From Patescibacteria group bacterium (GTDB taxonomy: Bacteria > Patescibacteriota > Patescibacteriia > Patescibacteriales > UBA12465), in NCBI GenBank assembly GCA_028696995.1, contig JAQVFY010000001.1, positions 18,444 to 82,443 of the forward strand: a stretch of 64,000 nt of DNA. Reading direction: 5' to 3'. The first letter of the stretch is position 1. Each line of letters starts with the position of its first letter. A model generated the notes under the pieces. The model did no database searches. It saw only the letters and a list, made by a program, of their open reading frames with translations, and was not told the DNA's origin. Shown here piece after piece: positions 8,626 to 18,008 of the stretch. The translations under genes were made by a program, and so were the position numbers.

Positions 8626-11600
8626 ATGATTATTCGCTATTTTCGTTTATTATCTCCTAGTATGGAGATGTGTTTTAATGTAGAGGTAAATTCTTCATTA
8701 ACCGAGAAGGAGGAAAGTATTTTGACTTGGTTTTTGTCAGAAACTTTTCAGCCGGAAAATCTGAAAAAAGAGTCCAGTTTGACTTCGGACAATGTTATCG
8801 AGATTGGACCGCGGCTCAATTTTGCCACTCCCTGGAATACTAATGCTTTGGCAATTTTCCGGGAATGTGGTTTGTCAAAAATCGTCAGAATTGAAAGATC
8901 CCGGCGCTTGCTGAAAACAGATTCATCTGAGAATTCAATCTCTTCTCTCTATGATCGAATGACTGAGTGCCTGTGGGAGGAGGCCCCTCAAACATTTTTT
9001 TTAGAAAAAAAGCCTGAGGCGGTTTTCGAATTACCTTTGCTTGAGAAGGGACTAATTGCTTTTTCTGAAATTTCCGATTTCAAAGCAATGGATGAATTTG
9101 ATCGACAAGCCTACTATGATTATTTCGTAGGAGAACTGGGACGCAATCCAACTATTGTTGAAATCATGGATTTGAATAATGCCAATAGTGAACACTCGCG
9201 TCACGGTTATTTCAAGGCCAAGCAGATTATTGATGGGGTTGAGATGCCAGAGACTCTCATGGAAATTGTCAAATCAACCCTGCAAGGAGAAGTCGCGGAA
9301 GACAGTTTAGTGGCCTTTTGCGATAATTCCAGTGTTATTCGATGCTTTAGCAAAATCAATACCCTAATTCCTAAAAATCCCGGGTTTGTCTCAGGATTTT
9401 TGATGAAAAGTTTGCTTTATCATCATTTATTCACGGCCGAAACACACAATTTTCCATCCGGTATTGCTCCTTTTCCAGGGGCAGAAACAGGTACTGGAGG
9501 GAGAATTCGCGACGTTCAGGCCACTGGAATCGGCGGATTAACAATAGCTGGCACCGCTGGTTATTGTGTGGGAAACTTAAACCTTCCTTTTTGTAAATGG
9601 GAGAGGCTGTTGATTAATCCACAAAATTTGGCATCACCTCCGGACATTTTAATCCAAGCTTCTAATGGGACCTCTGATTACGGAAATAAATTTGGAGAGC
9701 CGGTGTTTTGTGGTTTTGTTAGGACCAGCGCCGTGTTTGTCGGAGGAGAAAGAAGAGAGTGGCTAAAACCCATCATGTTTACTGGAGGAATTGGGCAAAT
9801 TAATTCTATACACTTAGAGAAGGAATCACCAAAGCTCGGGATGAGTATTGTTCAGATTGGCGGACCTGCTTATCGTATTGGTTTCGGGGGCGGAAGCGCT
9901 TCATCATTAATGCAGGGCGAAAACAGGTCTGACTTGGACTTTAATGCTGTTCAGCGTGGAGATGCTGAAATGGAGCAAAAAATGAACAGAATTGTTCGAG
10001 CTTGCTCAGAAATGGGAGAAGATAATCCTATCATTAGCTTACATGACCAGGGGGCTGGAGGGCCCGCTAACGTTTTAAAAGAGTTGGTCGAAGAAACTGG
10101 TGGTAAGATTGATATTCGTAAAATTCAAATTGGAGATCCGACTATGTCGGTTTTGGAAATTTGGGTTTGTGAATATCAGGAACGCTTGGGTTTGGTGATT
10201 GATAACAATAGAATGGCAGAATTTCAAAATATTTGCTTACGTGAAAGAGTTAATTGCGAAGTTTTAGGCGAAGTTTTGGATAATGGTCATTTTATCGTCG
10301 TTGATTCCGAAGAAGGGGCTCTATATCCTGAGCCGGTTAACATGGACTTAAAAAAAGTTTTAGGTGGTATGCCACAAAAAACTTTTACTTCCGAAACCCT
10401 AAAAACAAATCTTCTTCCGATAGAAATACCGGAGAAGTATTCTGTTTTAGAGTTGATAATGAAAGTTTTGCAATTGCCATCAGTTGGAAGCAAGGCTTTT
10501 TTAACCAATAAAGTGGATCGTAGTGTTACCGGGCTTGTCGCTCAGCAACAATGTTGTGGTCCATTACAACTTCCTGTTTCTGACTACGCTGTAGTAGCCC
10601 AAAGTCATTTCAAAAACGATGATGGTAAATATTCTGGTGCAGTTACCAGTATCGGAGAGCAACCTATAAAAATGTTGCTTGATCCAGCAGCTGGCGCCCG
10701 TATGGCTGTAGGAGAAGCTTTCACTAACCTGATATTTGCCAAAATGGAACCCGAAAGTATTAAGTGTTCAGCCAATTGGATGGGTGCTCCGAAATTACCT
10801 GGAGAAGGGTCTAAGATGTACTCAGCGGCTACTGCTATGCGCGACTTAATGTTGCAATTAAAAATAGCGGTTGATGGTGGAAAGGACAGCTTAAGCATGG
10901 CAACAAAAGTCACTCATCCTGATAAAAGCGAGGAATTGGTTAAGTCTCCCTTGCAATTGGTAATTTCAACCTATGCTCCGATGGAGGATATTACTAAGAA
11001 AATTACTCCTGATTTGAAAAATAAAGGGGGATCCGTTTTGTTGTTTATTGATTTGGCTGGCGGTAAAAAACGTTTGGGGGGATCTGCTCTAGCCCAAGTT
11101 CTTGGGCAAGTAGGAGATGATTGTCCTGACGTAGAAGACCCAAATCTTCTTTTAAGGGTTAAATGGGTTGTTGATTTTTTGATAGAAGAAGCTTTAATTG
11201 ACGCTGGTCATGATGTCAGTGACGGAGGTTTAATAACTACTCTTTTGGAAATGGCTTTTTCTGGTGATATTGGGATAAAGCTTGATCTTCCAGTAAAGAA
11301 GGAGGGCGTCATTAACTTTCTTTTTGCAGAAGAATTAGGAGTAGTCATTGAGGTTAAGGAGGTGAATCTACCAGAGGTCCTTCTTACTTTAAAAGAAGAA
11401 CGTATTCCTTATTCAAAGCTTGGGAAAACCCTCTTTCATGATGCAAGAAGTAATTTTCATCCATTTTTTTCCTTCAGCTATAAAGGCGGGGTAAAAACAA
11501 CAACCCCATTAAGACATCTTTTGTCTAAATGGTCTGGATTTTCACATGAAATAGAAAGACTTCAGTCTAATCCAGCTACCGCCGATCAGGAATTTTCAAT

Positions 11601-12471
11601 CTTTGATAATCCTAGAGTTGGAATCAAATATCTTGTTTCTCCTTCCAATATTTCGAATTTGGAATTTACAGGAAAAAGAAGGTTTAAGGTGGCAATAATT
11701 CGGGCTGAGGGAAGTAACGGAGATCGTGAAATGACCAGTGCTTTTTACCTGGCTGGTTTTAATCCTTATGATGTTCATTTGTCAGACTTGCTTTCTGGCA
11801 AGGCTGATTTAAATGATTATCGAGGGATTGCTTTTGTTGGAGGTTTTAGTTACGCCGATGTGTTGGATTCAGCCAAAGGTTGGGCCGGGATTATAAAATT
11901 TAATGAGCACTTGAAAAAGATGTTCACTGACTTCTATAATCGTCCCGATACTTTTTCCCTGGGAATTTGTAATGGTTGCCAGTTATCAACTCTTCTGGGC
12001 TGGGTTCCTTTCAGCGATAAAGAAGAAAGCGAAAAAGCTAGGTTTATAAAAAACGACAGTGGTCGTTTTGAATCTCGCTGGGTGCAAGTTGGAATTTTAC
12101 CTAGTCCCGCTATTATGCTTCAGGGAATGGAGGGGGAAATTCTTGGTGTCTGGTCAGCTCACGGAGAAGGAAAATTCTTTTCTTCTGATTATGTTTTGGA
12201 GGAAATTTTGTATTCAAATTTAGCTCCGATCAGATACATGGATTATTCTTTGGATATTACTGAGAAATATCCTTTCAATCCCAATGGTTCTGTTTGGGGA
12301 ATTGCCGGTTTATGTGATCCTAGTGGTCGTCATTTAGCAATGATGCCTCATCCAGAAAGATCGTTTTTGAATTGGCAATGGCCTTGTAAAAGTGGACTTC
12401 CTGAAAACGAAGCCTCTCCCTGGTTACGGATGTTTATAAATGCCAGGAAGTGGTGTGAAAACAATGAGTAA
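8626..12471 (+). CDS. purL: Large single-chain FGAM synthase (with glutaminase domain)
   Basis: NSEHSRH, ETHNFP, GAETGTGGRIRD, HDQGAGG, GGKDSLSM, HDVSDGG, GICNGCQ, MMPHPER. Confidence 0.97.
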   Translation: MIIRYFRLLSPSMEMCFNVEVNSSLTEKEESILTWFLSETFQPENLKKESSLTSDNVIEIGPRLNFATPWNTNALAIFRECGLSKIVRIERSRRLLKTDSSENSISSLYDRMTECLWEEAPQTFFLEKKPEAVFELPLLEKGLIAFSEISDFKAMDEFDRQAYYDYFVGELGRNPTIVEIMDLNNANSEHSRHGYFKAKQIIDGVEMPETLMEIVKSTLQGEVAEDSLVAFCDNSSVIRCFSKINTLIPKNPGFVSGFLMKSLLYHHLFTAETHNFPSGIAPFPGAETGTGGRIRDVQATGIGGLTIAGTAGYCVGNLNLPFCKWERLLINPQNLASPPDILIQASNGTSDYGNKFGEPVFCGFVRTSAVFVGGERREWLKPIMFTGGIGQINSIHLEKESPKLGMSIVQIGGPAYRIGFGGGSASSLMQGENRSDLDFNAVQRGDAEMEQKMNRIVRACSEMGEDNPIISLHDQGAGGPANVLKELVEETGGKIDIRKIQIGDPTMSVLEIWVCEYQERLGLVIDNNRMAEFQNICLRERVNCEVLGEVLDNGHFIVVDSEEGALYPEPVNMDLKKVLGGMPQKTFTSETLKTNLLPIEIPEKYSVLELIMKVLQLPSVGSKAFLTNKVDRSVTGLVAQQQCCGPLQLPVSDYAVVAQSHFKNDDGKYSGAVTSIGEQPIKMLLDPAAGARMAVGEAFTNLIFAKMEPESIKCSANWMGAPKLPGEGSKMYSAATAMRDLMLQLKIAVDGGKDSLSMATKVTHPDKSEELVKSPLQLVISTYAPMEDITKKITPDLKNKGGSVLLFIDLAGGKKRLGGSALAQVLGQVGDDCPDVEDPNLLLRVKWVVDFLIEEALIDAGHDVSDGGLITTLLEMAFSGDIGIKLDLPVKKEGVINFLFAEELGVVIEVKEVNLPEVLLTLKEERIPYSKLGKTLFHDARSNFHPFFSFSYKGGVKTTTPLRHLLSKWSGFSHEIERLQSNPATADQEFSIFDNPRVGIKYLVSPSNISNLEFTGKRRFKVAIIRAEGSNGDREMTSAFYLAGFNPYDVHLSDLLSGKADLNDYRGIAFVGGFSYADVLDSAKGWAGIIKFNEHLKKMFTDFYNRPDTFSLGICNGCQLSTLLGWVPFSDKEESEKARFIKNDSGRFESRWVQVGILPSPAIMLQGMEGEILGVWSAHGEGKFFSSDYVLEEILYSNLAPIRYMDYSLDITEKYPFNPNGSVWGIAGLCDPSGRHLAMMPHPERSFLNWQWPCKSGLPENEASPWLRMFINARKWCENNE

Positions 12472-12479
12472 AAACTCGT

Positions 12480-12540
12480 AAAACCCGATCTAGTGTCGGG
12501 TTTTTTAATTAAAAAAGCCATCGAAGTTTCGATGGCTGTG
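12480..12540. terminator. Back-to-back terminators of convergent purL and purC-purE
   Basis: AAAACCCGA..TCGGGTTTTTT and AAAAAAGCCATCGAA..TTCGATGGCT. Confidence 0.75.
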
Positions 12541-12565
12541 TTTAGAAAGAGAAGAACTCAATTTT

Positions 12566-13000
12566 TTATTTATCAAGCTCTTCAATTTCGTATTGGCATT
12601 CGGCATAAATAGCCGGATTTTTTTGGGCCAGGATGTTTAGCGCAGCTAAAACTGCGTTTTCATCAGGCCAGGTGGTTAGCAATGGAACATTTGATGGCAG
12701 GCGCAAGCTTGACCAGACGTCTTCCGGAAAATCCTTTAGGGTTGCCGGTAAGGCTATTACTGGCCATGAAGTTCTGGCGGCCAAAATTGGTCCCAGGCCA
12801 TTGCTTCGGCCAACTTTGGCGATAATTACACCACCATCAGGATGTTCTTGGATAATCTTTTCCAGTCTTAATAGGGCTGCGGCTGGGGACTTATGACCTG
12901 ACAATATTACATCAATTACAGACACCCCGATCTCTTTGAACCCCTCGGGTTGTATATTCGGTTTGTTGTCTTTACTGGATCCTCTCCAAATAACCAGGGC
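12566..13000 (-). pseudogene. purE: Class II AIR carboxylase (PurE) half of a PAICS-like fusion, separated from purC by one in-frame TAA
   Basis: SGHK, GRSNGLGP and DVWSSLRLPS motifs as in the animal PAICS AIR-carboxylase domain. The frame is open and identical to purC right up to the TAA at 13001-13003. Confidence 0.75.
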
Positions 13001-13960
13001 TTAATTTGGAAGACGGAAATTGTTAACCATTTGGCTAACTATTCCGTATTTTTTTTCCACTTCAGTCAGGTCTTCGCCCTGTCGGAAGCTTTCCTTGGAG
13101 AGCTCGGTCCAGTTCTTAGTGCGCAGTCGCCAGCTATCATTGTCAATGACATCGGCGACCATGAGTTGACCGGCAGAGTTAAAACCGAATTCGATTTTGA
13201 AATCAATCAGGCGCATATTTTGTTGTGCCCAGGCTGACTCCAGAACCAAGAAGGTTTTTCTGGTTATTTCCTCGATTACCTGGAGGATTTCTTGGGCAAC
13301 AATAGATGCGGCCTTGTCAAAAGATCCATCACCATGTTGAAAGAGTTTTTCTTCTGACACCAATATTCCGGAAAGACTCTTTGATATCAGTACCTTTTGA
13401 GGTTCAATGATTCGCTCAAGAAAGGCTGACTTTTCCCAGGAGGGAGTCTTAGGATGATAGAGTTCCCAAACTCCCACAGTATTTGGAATGATCAGGGGGT
13501 CTTCTTCTCCTTTTTCCGGGCTTAAACCTTCAATCACTTTTTCTCCTGAGATTTCAAGCTCACCCTTTGTTGTTTTAAGAAAAAGCTCGATTTTCAGGGA
13601 ATGAAAGCGATCTGGATTATTAGTATCAGTGCTCATGTTGGGGAAGCGTTTCAAATAGCTTCCTACGGCATATCGCCGAGCAATGACTTCCAGGGGAATC
13701 ATTTCGCAGTACGGTGCCAGAAAATCCGTTTCGCTCAATTGTTTTTCATAAGCAACGGGAATCCCGGCTGATTTCAGTAATTCAAAGACCCGGCAGGTTG
13801 TATTGGTAGCACATTTGGCCTTGGTCTCGAATTCTCGGGTTGCAAGGGGATCATCAAAAGCAGTAATCTTACTTTTGTTTTCAATAACAACCATTTCCGG
13901 GTTGTCTTTACATGACCAAACTTTTTTGGTCTTACCTTCAACGAGAAGTTCTTTTTTCAT
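13001..13960 (-). CDS. purC: SAICAR synthetase domain, PAICS-like
   Basis: EGKTK, CEMIPLE, GSYLKR, DFKIEFG, ADVIDNDSWRL. Confidence 0.9.
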   Translation of the reverse strand: MKKELLVEGKTKKVWSCKDNPEMVVIENKSKITAFDDPLATREFETKAKCATNTTCRVFELLKSAGIPVAYEKQLSETDFLAPYCEMIPLEVIARRYAVGSYLKRFPNMSTDTNNPDRFHSLKIELFLKTTKGELEISGEKVIEGLSPEKGEEDPLIIPNTVGVWELYHPKTPSWEKSAFLERIIEPQKVLISKSLSGILVSEEKLFQHGDGSFDKAASIVAQEILQVIEEITRKTFLVLESAWAQQNMRLIDFKIEFGFNSAGQLMVADVIDNDSWRLRTKNWTELSKESFRQGEDLTEVEKKYGIVSQMVNNFRLPN

Positions 13961-14005
13961 AGCGCTTGTTTTTTTGATGATTGGTTTAAATTGGTTAGTT
14001 TGTAA

Positions 14006-15349
14006 TTAAAAGATAAATGATCCATGGTCAGTATGAAGAATAACTTTATTGTCATTAGAGCTATTTTCTCTACAAAAGCCTAGGAGATAATTCTGGATAC
14101 GACATTCCAAGGCAACTTCTTCCACAGCTTTAATAAAGAAAGGATGATTTTCACCGACAACATCTATTCCAATTCCGCAGTTAAAGGCTTCATACATATT
14201 CTTCCAATCATCCTGACTTTTTTCTTGGATTAATTGGAAGATTTTCGGGGGAGTGGGCATGTGCTTGATATAGATAATACCTTTTCCAAGATTTTTGATC
14301 TTGGTAGCTCCGCCACCGGTGTTCATACTAATTCCGTGAAGCATGTGAAGGGCGTTTGCATTTTTTAAGGCAACTATTATTTTTTTTATAACAATTGCCC
14401 ACTGTCTGGTAGGAGAAAGAATTGCCCGGCTCATTTCCAATCCATGTATGGTCCTTAAATTGTAAGAGCCCTTATAGAAAGAAGGGTCATCCCTCCTTCT
14501 AATTCCGTGAAGCATGTGAAGGACGTTTGCATTTTTTAAGGCAACTATTATTTTTTTTATAACAATTGCCCACTGTCTGGTAGGAGAAAGAATCGCCCGG
14601 CTCATTTCCAATCCATGTATGGTTCTTAAATTGTAAGAGCCCTTATAGAAAGAAGGGTTATCCCTCCTTAGGTCGGGATATTCTCTATTGTAGCGAGAGC
14701 TCATCAAAACACTTCGGGCCATGGTTAGTCCATTGGACATCAGGCCGGAATTTTCGCTTTCTTCCCAAATAGCCTGGCCATTGCTTTGAAGACCAAAGAT
14801 TATATCTCCAGGTTGAACATTGCCAGAGATGATATTCTCTTTTTCTTCCCAGGCGGTTATAGCCATATCAAATACAGCTGATTTGACTTGGTCGCGTAGG
14901 TCGGCTGTTTCTCCGCCCAAGAAACTGATCTGGAATCCATTTTCCGAGTAAAGAGCTTTTAATTCCATGAAACGAAGTGCTATTCGCTTCATTACAAGCT
15001 CCTTTATCTCGGAGGGTAAATTTACATTTAGGACGTCGGTTATTAGCCAATGTCCAAAGACAAAGCCACTGGCAGCGATGTCGCCAGTATTCATTGACAG
15101 GGCGTCATCGACCATACCATCGAAAATGGCTTCATCTCCGGTTTCCCTATAATGCAATAATCTCTGTATGAATTTACTACCATCACCATCTTGGTGCTGG
15201 GTTATAACTTTGTCAGGGTTGTAAGGGTCGGTGATAATATTGACAAAAGCATCAGGATACTCGCTGTCAATAATCTTCTTGAAAATCGCTTTCACGTTGT
15301 CCTTCTGAGGATCTACCCCTAATTGCCGGTAAACACTTTCTTTTTTCAT
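14006..15349 (-). CDS. purM: AIR synthetase, Bacteroidota-like PurM subtype, with internal 57-aa duplication
   Basis: HQDGDGSK, GGETAD, PGDIIFGL, SNGLTMAR, LSPTR, GGGATK, FNCGIG. Confidence 0.85.
   Translation of the reverse strand: MKKESVYRQLGVDPQKDNVKAIFKKIIDSEYPDAFVNIITDPYNPDKVITQHQDGDGSKFIQRLLHYRETGDEAIFDGMVDDALSMNTGDIAASGFVFGHWLITDVLNVNLPSEIKELVMKRIALRFMELKALYSENGFQISFLGGETADLRDQVKSAVFDMAITAWEEKENIISGNVQPGDIIFGLQSNGQAIWEESENSGLMSNGLTMARSVLMSSRYNREYPDLRRDNPSFYKGSYNLRTIHGLEMSRAILSPTRQWAIVIKKIIVALKNANVLHMLHGIRRRDDPSFYKGSYNLRTIHGLEMSRAILSPTRQWAIVIKKIIVALKNANALHMLHGISMNTGGGATKIKNLGKGIIYIKHMPTPPKIFQLIQEKSQDDWKNMYEAFNCGIGIDVVGENHPFFIKAVEEVALECRIQNYLLGFCRENSSNDNKVILHTDHGSFIF
14328..14669. repeat. 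171-nt tandem duplication inside purM
   Basis: Copies 14328-14498 and 14499-14669 differ at 4 positions, all transitions. Confidence 0.95.
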
Positions 15350-15390
15350 GGTTCTTTGGTTTTTTTGATTATTTCATTTATTAATTATAT

Positions 15391-15439
15391 TTTCAAAGAG
15401 CTAATAAAAAATATTATTATATTAATAATTATTTGTCAA
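15391..15439 (-). promoter_or_regulatory. sigma70 promoter plus boxA-like motif for purM-purCE
   Basis: Minus strand: TTGACA-N17-TAATAT, then AGCTCTTTGAAA (15391-15402). Confidence 0.6.
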
Positions 15440-15507
15440 ATAAATTTGATTTTTCTAAGAAATAAGCTATAATAGGGAAGTATTAATTATTTATAATAAA
15501 TTTAAAT

Positions 15508-17859
15508 ATGAATAATAAAAAATTCTATTGTTTGGATATGTTTCCGTACCCCTCTGGTTCTGGTTTGCACGTTGGTCACGTTGAAGGTTATACTGCCTCA
15601 GACATTTTTAGTCGCTATAAAAGGATGAAAGGGTTTAATGTAATTCATCCTATGGGTTGGGATTCTTTTGGTTTACCAGCTGAAAATTATGCCATTAAAA
15701 CTGGTGTTCATCCCTCCAAAACAGTTGATACTGCCATTAATAATTTTACTTCTCAAATGAAAAAGTTAGGATTGGAATATGATTGGGAGAGAGAAGTTAA
15801 AACATCTAGCTCCGAATATTATAGATGGACTCAATGGTTATTTTTACTTTTATATAAAAACGGATTAGCCTATAAGAAAAAAGCCAAAGTTAATTGGTGC
15901 GAAAAATGTTCTACTGTTTTAGCTAACGAACAGGCCGAGACTGGATTTTGCGAACGTTGTGGTGATCAGGTGGTGCAAAAAGATTTGGAGCAATGGTTCT
16001 TTAAAATTTCCGACTTTATAGAAGACCAAGAATTTGAAGGCAAAAAGATAAAAGGACTTTTGTCAGGACTAGATGATATTGATTGGCCTCAAACTACTAA
16101 AATTGCTCAAAAAAATTGGATAGGCAAAAGTGTTGGCGCTGAAGTTATTTTTGCAATTAGTGATGATAAAGACAATTATAATTTAAATGTTTTTACCACT
16201 AGACCCGATACCCTATATGGTTGTACATATATGGCTATTAATCCTGAACATGAAATAGTTGAGAAGTTTAAAAATAGTATAAAAAATTTATCTGAAGTTT
16301 CTAAATATATCGAGGAATCCAAAAAGAAAACTGATATGGAAAAAATAATAGATGCAAAAGATAAAACTGGAGTTGAATTGGAGGGAATTTCTGCTATTAA
16401 TCCGTTGAATAATAAAAGAATAAAGATTTTTGTGGCTGATTATGTTTTATCTGGTTATGGTTCGGGTGCTATTATGGCTGTTCCAGCTCATGATGAGAGA
16501 GACTATGCTTTTGCTAAAAAATATAATTTAGAAATAATAGAAGTTATTAGTGGTGGAGACATTTCCAAAGAGGCTTATACTGGCGATGGGACTTTGATAA
16601 ATTCAGAAATAGTAAATGGTTTATCAGTTGAAGAAGCTAAGAAAAAAATTATAAAATATTTAGAAGATAAAAAGATTGGTCAGGCTTCGGTCAATTATCG
16701 TTTACGCGATTGGTTGATTTCTCGTCAAAGGTATTGGGGGGCTCCAATCCCTATTATTTATTGTGATAAATGCGGAGAACTTCCAGTCCCAGAAAAAGAT
16801 TTACCAGTGCTTTTACCAGAAGATGTTGATTTTTTGCCAACAGGGGAGTCACCATTAAAATATTCTAAGTCATTTCATGAAGTTAATTGTCCTCTTTGTG
16901 GAAAAAAAGCTCGTCGTGAAAATGATACTATGGATACTTTTGTTTGTTCTTCTTGGTATTATTTTAGATATTTAGATCCTAAAAATGAACAAATTTTTGC
17001 CGAAAAAGACAAGATTTCTCAATTTATGCCAGTAGATTTATATATCGGAGGGGCTGATCATAGCGTTATGCATTTACTTTATGCTAGATTCATAGCCAAG
17101 GTTTTACAAAGATATGATTATACCGATATTAATGAACCTTTTAAAAAACTGCGTCACCAAGGTATGATTTTAGCTGAAGATGGTAGTAAAATGAGCAAAT
17201 CGAAGGGTAGTGTGGTTAATCCTAATGATGTTGTTAGCGAATATGGAGCTGACGCTTTGAGATTATATGAAATGTTTATGGGTCCCTTAGAGGAGGTTAA
17301 ACCTTGGAATACTAAAAATATTTTAGGTGTTAAAAGATTTTTAGAAAAGACTGAAATTTTAAGTGAAAAGGTGGTAGAAGATGATTCTAAAAAAGATAGT
17401 CAGGATGTTATTTTAGAAATAAATAAAACTATAAAAAAAGTTGGGGAAGATATTGAGGAACTAAAATTCAATACTGCTATCTCACAATTAATGATCATGC
17501 TTAATCTTTTAGGAAAAAAAGAAAAGATTAGCTTTAATACTTGGAAAAAATTTTTGTTAGTGTTGGCTCCTTTTGCTCCTTTTACGAGCGAAAATCTTTG
17601 GCTAAAATTGAATGAAAAAAAATCTATTTTTGAAGTATCTTGGCCTGAATACGATTCTTCACTTTTAGCCGAAGAAAAAGTTTCTCTAGCGGTTCAATTT
17701 AATGGAAAAACAAGGGGATTAATTGATGTTGAACCAAATACTGAAGAAAGTGTTATTATATCGATGCTTAAGGATGATGAAAAGTTTAAAAAGTATTTAT
17801 CAGGTGCTTATAAAAAAGTTATTTATGTTAAGAATAGAATAATTAATTTTATTGTTTAA
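15508..17859 (+). CDS. leuS: Leucyl-tRNA synthetase
   Basis: MFPYPSGSGLHVGH, FTTRPDT, DWLISRQRYWG, KMSKS. Confidence 0.97.
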   Translation: MNNKKFYCLDMFPYPSGSGLHVGHVEGYTASDIFSRYKRMKGFNVIHPMGWDSFGLPAENYAIKTGVHPSKTVDTAINNFTSQMKKLGLEYDWEREVKTSSSEYYRWTQWLFLLLYKNGLAYKKKAKVNWCEKCSTVLANEQAETGFCERCGDQVVQKDLEQWFFKISDFIEDQEFEGKKIKGLLSGLDDIDWPQTTKIAQKNWIGKSVGAEVIFAISDDKDNYNLNVFTTRPDTLYGCTYMAINPEHEIVEKFKNSIKNLSEVSKYIEESKKKTDMEKIIDAKDKTGVELEGISAINPLNNKRIKIFVADYVLSGYGSGAIMAVPAHDERDYAFAKKYNLEIIEVISGGDISKEAYTGDGTLINSEIVNGLSVEEAKKKIIKYLEDKKIGQASVNYRLRDWLISRQRYWGAPIPIIYCDKCGELPVPEKDLPVLLPEDVDFLPTGESPLKYSKSFHEVNCPLCGKKARRENDTMDTFVCSSWYYFRYLDPKNEQIFAEKDKISQFMPVDLYIGGADHSVMHLLYARFIAKVLQRYDYTDINEPFKKLRHQGMILAEDGSKMSKSKGSVVNPNDVVSEYGADALRLYEMFMGPLEEVKPWNTKNILGVKRFLEKTEILSEKVVEDDSKKDSQDVILEINKTIKKVGEDIEELKFNTAISQLMIMLNLLGKKEKISFNTWKKFLLVLAPFAPFTSENLWLKLNEKKSIFEVSWPEYDSSLLAEEKVSLAVQFNGKTRGLIDVEPNTEESVIISMLKDDEKFKKYLSGAYKKVIYVKNRIINFIV

Positions 17860-17934
17860 ATAGAGGTAAATTTTTATAGTATTTATTATTTTTCTCAAAT
17901 CTTTATTGTAATATATTTTTATAAAGTCATTTAT

Positions 17935-17981
17935 TTGACTTTATTTTCTTTTTATAATAATATTAATTGTTTCTTTAACAA
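17935..17981 (+). promoter_or_regulatory. sigma70 promoter plus boxA-like motif for purA
   Basis: TTGACT-N17-TAATAT, then GTTTCTTTAACA (17969-17980). Confidence 0.6.
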
Positions 17982-18008
17982 TTAAATAAAAACCAAAAAA
18001 AAATAAAG

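Noticed and set aside
13001-13003. Alternative genetic code as the explanation for the in-frame stop
   Set aside because: The codon is TAA, which ends most genes here. TGA also acts as a stop (58602, 63658) and Trp is TGG, so there is no sign of code 25.
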